Source: an uncultured Bacilli bacterium (lineage in GTDB: Bacteria; Bacillota_I; Bacilli_A; RF39; UBA660). Taken from it: a stretch of DNA of 64,000 nt. Positions 1 through 8,440 of this stretch are shown here, one piece after another. Positions within the stretch are counted from its first letter, which is position 1. The number at the start of each line of letters is the position of its first letter. The notes under the pieces are model-generated. The model was not told the DNA's origin and did no database searches. It worked only from the letters and a program-made list of their open reading frames with translations. The stretch lies in assembly GCA_947623925.1 (NCBI GenBank), contig CANQID010000001.1, positions 130,684 to 194,683 of the forward strand, given 5' to 3'. A program made the translations under genes and the position numbers.

Positions 1-68
1 CATCATTTGTAATATCAATTATATTTGTTAGGCCATAGGCTTTTTTAATTTATTAGAAAGGAGTTTAT

Positions 69-761
69 ATGAAAATATTTAAAATAATAATTATAAGTTT
101 AGTTTTATTTTTAGTAATTTTTTGTTCATATTTTTTAATTAGTGGTTATAATTTATATAAATCCGTTTTAAAAGAAACTCCTTTAGATGTAAAAATAAAT
201 GAAATTAAAAGTAAAAGCGATTATACAAAAATAGAAGATGTTTCACCCTATTTTAAAGATGCAATAGTAGCAGTTGAAGATCATAGATTTTATACACATG
301 ATGGTGTAGATTTAATTTCTACGGTAAAAGCGATATTTACTAATGTCAAAAATCGCTCTTATGTTACGGGCGGAAGTTCAATTACACAACAATTAGCAAA
401 AAACATGTATTTTACTCAAGAAAAGAAGATGGTAAGAAAAATTGCTGAAATGTTTATGGCGTATAATTTAGAAAAAAATTTAAGTAAAAATGAAATATTA
501 GAATTATATATAAATACGATTTATTATGGAAGTGGTTATTATAGTATATCTTCGGCTAGCAAAGGATATTTTAATAAGTTGCCTATTGAACTTAATTTAG
601 ATGAGGCTTCATTATTAGCAGGTATTCCAAATGCTCCATCAGTATATTCTTTAGATGTAAACCCTAATCTTGCTTATGAAAGACAAAAACATGTAATAAG
701 TGCAATGAAAGAATATAATTATATAACAAATGAAGAATATAAAAGTATAATTGAAAAATAA
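69..761 (+). CDS. monofunctional peptidoglycan glycosyltransferase (GT51 transglycosylase domain only)
   Basis: N-terminal TM helix followed by GT51 motifs (AVEDHRFYTHDGVD, GGSSITQQLAKN); AGGAG RBS upstream of ATG. Confidence 0.85.
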   Translation: MKIFKIIIISLVLFLVIFCSYFLISGYNLYKSVLKETPLDVKINEIKSKSDYTKIEDVSPYFKDAIVAVEDHRFYTHDGVDLISTVKAIFTNVKNRSYVTGGSSITQQLAKNMYFTQEKKMVRKIAEMFMAYNLEKNLSKNEILELYINTIYYGSGYYSISSASKGYFNKLPIELNLDEASLLAGIPNAPSVYSLDVNPNLAYERQKHVISAMKEYNYITNEEYKSIIEK

Positions 762-786
762 ATCTACATTTAGTAGATTTTTTGTT
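761..786 (+). terminator. intrinsic terminator after the GT51 gene
   Basis: hairpin aatctac/gtagatt with 5-nt loop followed by T-run. Confidence 0.7.
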
Positions 787-831
787 TTCATAAAATTTTA
801 TAATATTGAAAAGAAAAAAGAGAATAATCTC

Positions 832-1818
832 TTAATTCTCTGCTTCCTCTAACATATTAGTTATAAAAATTCCATACCCATTTGTTGGATTATCTATAAT
901 TACATGTGTTACAGCTCCAATTATATAGTCTCCTTGAACTATTGGTGAACCACTCATTCCTTGAACGATTCCACCTGTTTTTTCTAATAATTCTTCATCA
1001 GTTATTTCAAACTGTATATTTTTAGTATTATTAGATGTCTTATTTATTTTAGTAATATTTATGTCATACTGTCCAATATTTTTATCCTCAAGGACAGTAA
1101 ATATGCTAGCTTTACCTATTTTTACATCATCTACTGATGCAACTTTATATAATTTTTTTTCTGGTAAAGAATCAGTATAGTTACCAAATATACCATGATT
1201 TGTATTTTCAAAAATAGTACCTTTAGTATCATCAAGTTCTAATTTTGCATTTTTTTCTCCAGGATTACCAGATGTGCTTTCTTTTATACTTGTAACGGTT
1301 GAATCAAATATTGTTCCACTATTAGAATCTAGTATTTTATTTGTATTTTTTTCAATTATTTCGTGTCCTAATGCACCAAATAATTTAGTATTAGGATCTA
1401 TATAAGTAAGTGTACCAATACCTGTTATATTATCTTTTATATACATTCCAGTTTTATAATCATTATTAACTTTTACAAGTTTTAAATTAGTATATTTTTC
1501 TATATCATCTCTAATATATCCTATTTTTATTGTTTCATCAATGTAATTAGATATTGCTGATGTCATATCATATATGTTAGATATTTTTTTATCATTAATA
1601 CTTGTTATAGTATCTCCTACTTTTATTCCTGCTTCTTTTGCTGGAGAAATATTATTAATATCATATAATCCTACTACCATAACACCTTTTGAATTTAATT
1701 TGATACCTACATTTTCTCCTCCAACTATTAGATAATCTGAATAACCAGATGCTTTGATTGGAATAATAAATAATGCTAGAAGAATTAGTAAATTTGTAAA
1801 GGATTTTTTTAAAATCAT
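832..1818 (-). CDS. spoIVB: SpoIVB-type sporulation serine peptidase (S55) with PDZ domain
   Basis: signal/TM N-terminus, PDZ-like segment (GIKVGDTITSINDKKI), FGALGHEI and GMSGSPIV catalytic-type motifs typical of SpoIVB. Confidence 0.8.
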   Translation of the reverse strand: MILKKSFTNLLILLALFIIPIKASGYSDYLIVGGENVGIKLNSKGVMVVGLYDINNISPAKEAGIKVGDTITSINDKKISNIYDMTSAISNYIDETIKIGYIRDDIEKYTNLKLVKVNNDYKTGMYIKDNITGIGTLTYIDPNTKLFGALGHEIIEKNTNKILDSNSGTIFDSTVTSIKESTSGNPGEKNAKLELDDTKGTIFENTNHGIFGNYTDSLPEKKLYKVASVDDVKIGKASIFTVLEDKNIGQYDINITKINKTSNNTKNIQFEITDEELLEKTGGIVQGMSGSPIVQGDYIIGAVTHVIIDNPTNGYGIFITNMLEEAEN

Positions 1819-1875
1819 TTTTAAATATCACCTTCTAATCAAAATTATGTGTATGGATTTATTTATGTTGTATTG

Positions 1876-1910
1876 GTAAAATAATAAGCTACATTATTAT
1901 TATGTAGCTT
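1876..1910 (-). terminator. intrinsic terminator downstream of the 344-aa ORF
   Basis: 9-bp hairpin aagctacat/atgtagctt followed on minus strand by ATTATTTT. Confidence 0.55.
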
Positions 1911-1943
1911 AAATTTTAAAATATAAATTATAATAAAATAAAT

Positions 1944-2978
1944 TTAATTTTGTCTTTTTATAAGATATACTTCTTTAATTTTTGATCTATCGTTTTTATT
2001 TTCTTTAAAACAATTAAGTATTATTTGTCTACTTATATTATCATCATCATAATGTTTTTTTAAATAAAATTCTTCTGTAATATATTTATTAAATTCACTA
2101 TTAAGAACAGATAAATATTCTTCATTTATTAGTAAAAATCCAGATTTCATTAAGCACTGTCTTAATATGCAAGCAATTGTTTTATCAACATTAGAATAAT
2201 CTATATTATTCATTTCTATAATTTCTGAAATTTGTTTAGTTGATACTTTTATACCATGAAAAGTTTTAAGTGAATTATAAATTTCTAAATTAGTTTGTGT
2301 TATATCTGCAATAAAACGAGAACTTGTATAAAAATTTTTTGGAATTTTAAATTTATTTTTTTTAATATATTGTTCAATATTTTTATTTATAAAAACTATA
2401 TTATATTTAGATTTAATCAGTTTTTCTTTATATAAATTATAATTTTGTTCATCTATATAATCTTGTAAAAAATTAACAAATCCATTCATAATATCTTTTT
2501 CAAATGCTTTTTTTAATTCTATATTATTATAAACTGAAATATCATTTATATTATTTATATAAAATTCTTCACATAAATTAATTAATTCATAAAGTTCCAT
2601 ATTTTTTATTGTTTTATAATCAGATAACTGTATATCAACTAATATATTAATTATTCTAATTAATACATTGTAATCATAGTTTTGCTCTAAAATATTTTCT
2701 ATATCAGATTTAAACTCATCTGGAAGTTTAAAAGAAATTATATAATTGATAATCATATTAGATTTTGCAAAATCTAAATTTGCTTCTTTATATAATTTAT
2801 CTTCTATTTCAGTAGCAATATCTAAATAATTTATAATTTTTTCATATTCTTCAGTATTATTTTTTTCATTAATTTCTAAAGTAATTAATTTCTTATATAA
2901 GTTTTCTATAGAAGTAGTAATATTAATTATTTTTTTTAGCCACTCATAATCTTTTTTTAATAACATATATTCTTGCAT
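1944..2978 (-). CDS. hypothetical protein (Asn/Ile/Lys-rich, no recognisable motif)
   Basis: long ORF co-oriented and tightly spaced after xseB; no motif recognised. Confidence 0.6.
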   Translation of the reverse strand: MQEYMLLKKDYEWLKKIINITTSIENLYKKLITLEINEKNNTEEYEKIINYLDIATEIEDKLYKEANLDFAKSNMIINYIISFKLPDEFKSDIENILEQNYDYNVLIRIINILVDIQLSDYKTIKNMELYELINLCEEFYINNINDISVYNNIELKKAFEKDIMNGFVNFLQDYIDEQNYNLYKEKLIKSKYNIVFINKNIEQYIKKNKFKIPKNFYTSSRFIADITQTNLEIYNSLKTFHGIKVSTKQISEIIEMNNIDYSNVDKTIACILRQCLMKSGFLLINEEYLSVLNSEFNKYITEEFYLKKHYDDDNISRQIILNCFKENKNDRSKIKEVYLIKRQN

Positions 2979-3006
2979 AAAACACCTTATTATAATTTTT
3001 TAATAA

Positions 3007-3228
3007 TTATTCTTCTATTTCAAAATCTTTTATTTCACCATTTTCAAGTACTATTTTATTAACTTGCTCTTCAATATTTTTTAATTTTTCATCACATTCT
3101 TTTATTAATTTCATTGCTTTAGTATATTTATTAATTGAATCATCTAAATCTATGTTTCCATTTTCAAGTTCATTTACTATAGTTTCTAATTCTTCCATCT
3201 TTTCTTCAAATTTTTTTTCTGTTTTCAT
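3007..3228 (-). CDS. xseB: exodeoxyribonuclease VII small subunit
   Basis: 73-aa coiled-coil protein immediately after xseA (1-nt gap); FEEKMEELETIVNELENG...L..S pattern typical of XseB. Confidence 0.9.
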   Translation of the reverse strand: MKTEKKFEEKMEELETIVNELENGNIDLDDSINKYTKAMKLIKECDEKLKNIEEQVNKIVLENGEIKDFEIEE

Positions 3229-3229
3229 A

Positions 3230-4498
3230 TTACTCCTTATCTATTACTTTTGATGTAATAAATCCATCATGTAATTTTATTTTAATTATTTCATTTTTAC
3301 TAATATCATTAATTGATTTAACTAATTTGTCATTTTTATAAGTTAAAGTATATCCTTTTTTAAGTATACTAAGTGGATTAACAAGTTCTAACTTTTGTAT
3401 TAAATTTAATAATTTTACTTTCTTATTTTCATATAAAATATTTGGATTTTTAATTATATAATTGTTTTTTAAATTATCAATCTCAAGTTTTTTTGTAGAT
3501 AAATTTATAAAAATACTTTTATTCAAATTTTCATATAGTAAATCAATTTTTTGTTTTTTATTTTCATATATTAACATTGGATTTTTAATTATAAATGAAT
3601 TTTTAAGTGTATCTAATTTTAATTTTTCATAATTTAGTTTTGTATTTATACTTTCATTTATTCTTATATTTAAATTATTTATATGTTTCATAATATCAGT
3701 TATATTTGGTACAGCCATTTCAGCAGCACCGGTAGGTGTGGGTGCACGAAGATCTGCAACAAAATCTGCTATTGTAAAGTCAATTTCATGCCCTACAGCG
3801 CTTATTGTTGGTATTTTAGATGCAAAAATAGCACGTGCTACTTTTTCTTCATTAAAAGGCCACAAATCTTCTATAGAGCCTCCACCTCTGCCAATTATTA
3901 ACACATCTAAATCATAATTTTGAGAAATATTAATTTTTTCAACTAAATCATCTGCTGCATTTTCTCCTTGAACTAAACTTGGGAATAAATATGTTTTACA
4001 TATAGGATATCTTCTTTTTATAGTTGAAATTATATCTTTTATTGCCGCACCAGTAGAAGCTGTAATAATTCCTATTTTTTCTGGAATTTTTGGTATTTTT
4101 TTCTTTTTATCTTTATCAAATAATCCTTCAAGTTCAAGTTTCTTTTTTAATTTTTCAAATTCTAAATATAGATTTCCTATACCATCTTCCATCATTTCAT
4201 CAACGTATATTTGATAGTTTCCTGTTGATTCATATACACTAACTCTACCAACTATTAATATTTTCATTCCATCAACTGGATTAAAGTTTAATTTTTTTGC
4301 ATTTGAACTAAACATAATTGCGTTTATTTTGCTTGTTTCATCTTTTATGGAAAAATACAAATGCCCTGTTGTATGCATTTTAAAATTAGAAATTTCGCCT
4401 TTTAAAAATACTAATTTTAAATGTTCATCATTATCCATTTTAAATTTTATATATTTTGTTAATGCAGTAACTGTTAAGTATTTATTTACATCATTCAT
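3230..4498 (-). CDS. xseA: exodeoxyribonuclease VII large subunit
   Basis: OB-fold N-terminus (LKGEISNFKMHTTGHLYFSIKDE), catalytic core GRGGGSIEDLWPFNEE. Confidence 0.95.
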   Translation of the reverse strand: MNDVNKYLTVTALTKYIKFKMDNDEHLKLVFLKGEISNFKMHTTGHLYFSIKDETSKINAIMFSSNAKKLNFNPVDGMKILIVGRVSVYESTGNYQIYVDEMMEDGIGNLYLEFEKLKKKLELEGLFDKDKKKKIPKIPEKIGIITASTGAAIKDIISTIKRRYPICKTYLFPSLVQGENAADDLVEKINISQNYDLDVLIIGRGGGSIEDLWPFNEEKVARAIFASKIPTISAVGHEIDFTIADFVADLRAPTPTGAAEMAVPNITDIMKHINNLNIRINESINTKLNYEKLKLDTLKNSFIIKNPMLIYENKKQKIDLLYENLNKSIFINLSTKKLEIDNLKNNYIIKNPNILYENKKVKLLNLIQKLELVNPLSILKKGYTLTYKNDKLVKSINDISKNEIIKIKLHDGFITSKVIDKE

Positions 4499-4506
4499 AT
4501 TACCAC

Positions 4507-4917
4507 CTACTTATTATGGAGAATATTATCCATAACAGCATTTATCATGTTTTTTACTTTTTCATCACTATATTTTTTAGCAAGTTCAATTGCTTCATTT
4601 ATCGCAACAACATCTGGAGTATCAGTATATAATAATTCAAATATACCAATTCTAAGTATAGCTTGATCTGTATAGCCCAATCTATCTATTGTCCAATCAT
4701 TCATATTTTTGTTTGCAATATCATCTATTTCATTTTTGTATGTAATAACACCATATACTGTTTCTTTTACAAATTCATTATCTATTTCAAGTGTTTCTTT
4801 AAATATATCATCTAGATTATATTCTATTTTATTTTTTTCATATATACTTATTTGATATAAAATTGTCATTATTTTTATTCTTAATTCACTTCTATTTAAT
4901 TGTTTCATTGTACTCAC
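4507..4917 (-). CDS. nusB: transcription antitermination factor NusB
   Basis: 136 aa, NusB-like helices (RIKIMTILYQ..., AILRIGIFELLY, INEAIELAKKY); conserved position upstream of xseA. Confidence 0.9.
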   Translation of the reverse strand: MSTMKQLNRSELRIKIMTILYQISIYEKNKIEYNLDDIFKETLEIDNEFVKETVYGVITYKNEIDDIANKNMNDWTIDRLGYTDQAILRIGIFELLYTDTPDVVAINEAIELAKKYSDEKVKNMINAVMDNILHNK

Positions 4918-4966
4918 CTATTTAATTTTACCAAAAGTGTTGTATAAAATCTATAAAAATTTAAAA

Positions 4967-5509
4967 TTATTTATTTTTTGGATGATAAAAATAAGAAATA
5001 AATTTTGAGAAAATATATAAAATGTTATTTCCATTTTTTATTGCAATATCTTTTCCCATTGCTTTACCACCTATCGTTAATGATGCAATTAATGCAGTAA
5101 CTATTAAACTTATAATAAGTGGATTTACATTTAATTTTGAAGAAATTAGAGTTGCAACTACAACACCAGCAGAACCAGAAATAATACCACATATATCTCC
5201 AACTACATCGTTACAAAAAGATGATACTTTTGCAGCATTTTTTTTAAGTTTTACCGCTACATCAGCACCTTTTATTTTCCTTGAATTCATGGAATGAATA
5301 GGTTTTTCATCACTTACTGTTACTGAAATACCAATCATATCAAATATTACTCCAATTAGTATAAATAAAATTAAAATAATGATACCTATAATAATATTTA
5401 CATTATTTAAAGTAAGTTCTGAAATTAATGAAAAGGTTAATGAAATTACGAAGGCTAAAATTGTTATTTTTATAATCCAAATTGCATTGTTATTTTTCTT
5501 TTTTTTCAT
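4967..5509 (-). CDS. oapA: 4-TM membrane protein, candidate OLE-associated protein A
   Basis: 180 aa (~20 kDa), four predicted TM helices, acidic NDVVGD motif in the central loop; GAGGTG RBS; lies directly downstream of the candidate OLE RNA as described for OapA. Confidence 0.55.
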   Translation of the reverse strand: MKKKKNNNAIWIIKITILAFVISLTFSLISELTLNNVNIIIGIIILILFILIGVIFDMIGISVTVSDEKPIHSMNSRKIKGADVAVKLKKNAAKVSSFCNDVVGDICGIISGSAGVVVATLISSKLNVNPLIISLIVTALIASLTIGGKAMGKDIAIKNGNNILYIFSKFISYFYHPKNK

Positions 5510-5521
5510 ATTTCACCTCTA

Positions 5522-6135
5522 ATGAAAAATAAAAAGGGTATTTATCCCCTTTATTACTCTTGCCTGGCTATTAATGTAATTAACTTTACGTCTTAGGTCG
5601 AGTTGGATTTCCCCTATTCTTACAATATGTTACCATATTTGCGGTTCCCCTTTAAAAGAATAGATATATAGTCACCTATTATATTACTCGATTGCCACTT
5701 AGTACGCACTGCAATCCTACATTAATGTCACTCTAGGAGATTTCCTCCCCAATTGATTTATTAATAATTCTTTTTTGCAGATACAATTTCAAAATGCGAT
5801 TTTTAAATAATTTTAGCTATAAATTACTTAAAATTGCTCATTTATTCCAAATATCCACTCAAGACAAGCTACACTACTCATAACTTTCGCCACAAAGTAG
5901 GTTCAAGCCTAAGTCGTAATAAGTCAGAGTGCTTACCACAAAAATAGGTCTCCATGAGAAATGGGTCGGTAAACATATGCCATTATGTGCGCCCATAACT
6001 CTACCTTTCAGCATCCACCCCAAACTGGGCGTAAGAAGCAAACACCAAAAGTTTCACAGATGTGCTCTTTAACGGATTTTTAGCCCCGTCTTCCTAATAA
6101 ATCATATTGACTAGAATAATGTGCCAATCAATATA
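5522..6135 (-). ncRNA. ole: large structured ncRNA, best explained as OLE (ornate, large, extremophilic) RNA
   Basis: ~610 nt with no ORF in any frame and visibly higher GC than all surroundings; own promoter; followed by a 4-TM protein inside a nusB-xseA-xseB operon (published OLE/oapA synteny); lacks RNase P, tmRNA and group II intron signature motifs. Confidence 0.6.
5524..5552 (-). terminator. weak terminator-like hairpin at the 3' end of the large ncRNA
   Basis: minus strand aaaggg-gataaata-cccttt followed by TTATTTTT, just upstream of the oapA RBS; short stem. Confidence 0.35.
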
Positions 6136-6140
6136 TATAA

Positions 6141-6169
6141 ATTGTATCAGATTTACACTTTTTTGTCAA
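6141..6169 (-). promoter_or_regulatory. sigma-A type promoter for the large ncRNA
   Basis: minus strand TTGACA - 17 nt - TACAAT with TGa extended -10. Confidence 0.7.
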
Positions 6170-6304
6170 ATTTGATGTATTTTTTTAAAAATTTATAAAA
6201 AAATATTTACTTTTACCATATTATATGCATTGGGTAAAAATTCATAATAGATATTTATTAAAATATTTAAATTTATACTATTTTAATATAACAAAAACTT
6301 AAAA

Positions 6305-6694
6305 TTATTTTAATTTTAAGTTTAATATTTTTCTTAATTGCTCAACACTATCAAATTTTCCATCTTTAGATGATGCTTGTAATTTTCTAATAACTAATAT
6401 AAGTTTAGTTATTACTGCTATAAAACTTGCAATTATAAATATTGCGCCATATATTTTAACATTTATACTCATTAAATAAACACCAAGTAATAAAAGTATA
6501 AATCCTATTAATACTGTAATAATTATAATTGTTCTTTCTTTTGAAGTATTTTCTAAATAAGTTATTTTTTGTTTTAAATATTCTATTTGTTCTTGTTTAG
6601 AAATATTCATATCTTCCATTGTACCAATAATATTATTATATATTATTTCATTTTTATTTTTTTCAGTTCCATTAAAATTTACTTTTACATCCAT
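6305..6694 (-). CDS. hypothetical membrane protein (coiled-coil N-terminus, 2 TM)
   Basis: ORF with GGAGGG RBS; hydrophobic segments VLIGFILLLLGVYLM and AIFIIASFIAVI. Confidence 0.6.
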   Translation of the reverse strand: MDVKVNFNGTEKNKNEIIYNNIIGTMEDMNISKQEQIEYLKQKITYLENTSKERTIIIITVLIGFILLLLGVYLMSINVKIYGAIFIIASFIAVITKLILVIRKLQASSKDGKFDSVEQLRKILNLKLK

Positions 6695-6765
6695 AACCTC
6701 TACCCTCCATAATAAGTATATAAAAAATTAAAACTAAAATCAAGTAAAAAGAAAAAAATATATAA

Positions 6766-7152
6766 TTAATTAATATATTTTTCTCCATTTCCTATATATA
6801 AACGATATAGAATATCTATTTGTATATAAATAGACATTATAATAGCAACAATCCAACCAATAATTGGAATAATTACGCATATTATCCATGTATAAGGTGA
6901 TAAGTATATTTCCTTACCTGAAACTTCTAATTTGGCTGCTGTTTTGCACATAATTTCTAAGTAAAATATAAATATCATTATTAAGAGTGGGAATATAAAT
7001 GGTATTCCTAGTACCCAATAATACCATTTTCTATACCATGCATTTTTTCTATAAACATCAAGTAAAGCACCTAATACTAATGTACTACTACCACTTGAAA
7101 ATAAAGTTAATAATAACCAAATCCACCAATTTTCTTTTTTTAATATTTTCAT
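6766..7152 (-). CDS. hypothetical integral membrane protein
   Basis: 4 hydrophobic helices; start overlaps mtaD stop by 4 nt (translational coupling). Confidence 0.6.
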   Translation of the reverse strand: MKILKKENWWIWLLLTLFSSGSSTLVLGALLDVYRKNAWYRKWYYWVLGIPFIFPLLIMIFIFYLEIMCKTAAKLEVSGKEIYLSPYTWIICVIIPIIGWIVAIIMSIYIQIDILYRLYIGNGEKYIN

Positions 7153-8432
7153 ATTTCACCTATCTTTTTAAGTATATTATTAATATTTTCTTTTAAATCA
7201 TCTATATTCACATCTAGTAACAATTTATGATTTTCCATTAATATATTTCCGTTTATAATAGTTGTTTCTATATTATTTATAGATATATTATGTACTATAT
7301 CAAATATTAAATTGTTTGTTGGAAAAATTTCTATATTATTCATATCTAATATAATAATATCTGCTTTTTTACCTACTTCTATACTTCCTACTAAATTATC
7401 AAGTCCAAGTGCTTTAGCGCCATTTATTGTAGCCATTTTAAGTACATCATATGATTCAATTATTTGTGCATCTTTATTAAAACCTTTTTGTAATAAATCA
7501 ACATATCCTATATGATTAAATAAATTTAAGTTATTTCCACTACCCTGTCCATCTGTTCCTATTGAAACATTTATATTGTTTTTAACAAATTTACTAATTG
7601 GAGCAATACCACAACCTAAATTTAAATTACTTATTGGATTATGAGCAATAGAAACGTTTTTATTTTTTAATAGTTTTATATCTTCATCAGTTATATAAGT
7701 ACCATGCGCTAAAAGAAGTTTGCTTTGTAAATATCCAAGTTCATCTAATAATTGTATAGGAGTTTTATTATATTTTTCTTTTATTGTATTTATTTCTTCT
7801 ATATTTTCAGCGCAATGTATATTCAATAATAAATTGTTTTCATCTGCTAATTTTTTAACTTTTTTTAAATATTCATATGAACAAGTATACATTGAATGTA
7901 CTGATGCACTAAAAGTAAGAAGAGGATTTTTATCTTTATAATTATTATATAAATCTAAAAATTCTTTTATTTTTTCATCTCCTAAACCATCATTATCCAT
8001 TAAACATCTTGTATAAACACATCTTATTTTGCTATTAATTATTGCATTTATACCTTCAGTAACACCAAAATACATATCACAACAAGTAGTTGTTCCTGTT
8101 TTTATCATTTCAATACAAGAAAGTAAATTATTATAATATACATCTTTAGGTGTTAATTTGTCTTCAAGAGGCCATATTTTATTATTTAACCAATTCATTA
8201 GTGAAAGACCATCACTAGTTCCTCTAAATATAGACATACCTAAATGTGTATGTGTATTTATTAGACCCGGTAAAATTACTTTATTTGTTGCATCTATTAC
8301 TTTATCAACATTTCCATTATAATTATCACCTAAAAATTTTATTTCATCATCTTCTATTAAAATGTCCATTTTTTTTATTTCATCATTTTTATTTATAGTA
8401 ACTACTAATCCATTTTTTATTAATATTTTCAT
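7149..8432 (-). CDS. mtaD: amidohydrolase, 5-methylthioadenosine/S-adenosylhomocysteine deaminase-like
   Basis: PGLINTHTHLGMSIFRG metal-binding motif, HCAE and GTDG motifs of the ATZ/TRZ-MtaD amidohydrolase family. Confidence 0.8.
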   Translation of the reverse strand: MKILIKNGLVVTINKNDEIKKMDILIEDDEIKFLGDNYNGNVDKVIDATNKVILPGLINTHTHLGMSIFRGTSDGLSLMNWLNNKIWPLEDKLTPKDVYYNNLLSCIEMIKTGTTTCCDMYFGVTEGINAIINSKIRCVYTRCLMDNDGLGDEKIKEFLDLYNNYKDKNPLLTFSASVHSMYTCSYEYLKKVKKLADENNLLLNIHCAENIEEINTIKEKYNKTPIQLLDELGYLQSKLLLAHGTYITDEDIKLLKNKNVSIAHNPISNLNLGCGIAPISKFVKNNINVSIGTDGQGSGNNLNLFNHIGYVDLLQKGFNKDAQIIESYDVLKMATINGAKALGLDNLVGSIEVGKKADIIILDMNNIEIFPTNNLIFDIVHNISINNIETTIINGNILMENHKLLLDVNIDDLKENINNILKKIGEI

Positions 8433-8440
8433 ATTTACCT

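Noticed and set aside
5522-6135. Considered RNase P RNA, tmRNA or an ORF-less group II intron for the large non-coding block
   Set aside because: The minus-strand sequence lacks the RNase P GAGGAAAGUCC/ACAGAA-type motifs. It has no tmRNA tRNA-like ends (GGGG...CCACCA) or tag ORF. It has no group II 5' GUGYG or domain V consensus. Size (~610 nt) and synteny with a 4-TM gene and nusB-xseAB fit OLE better.
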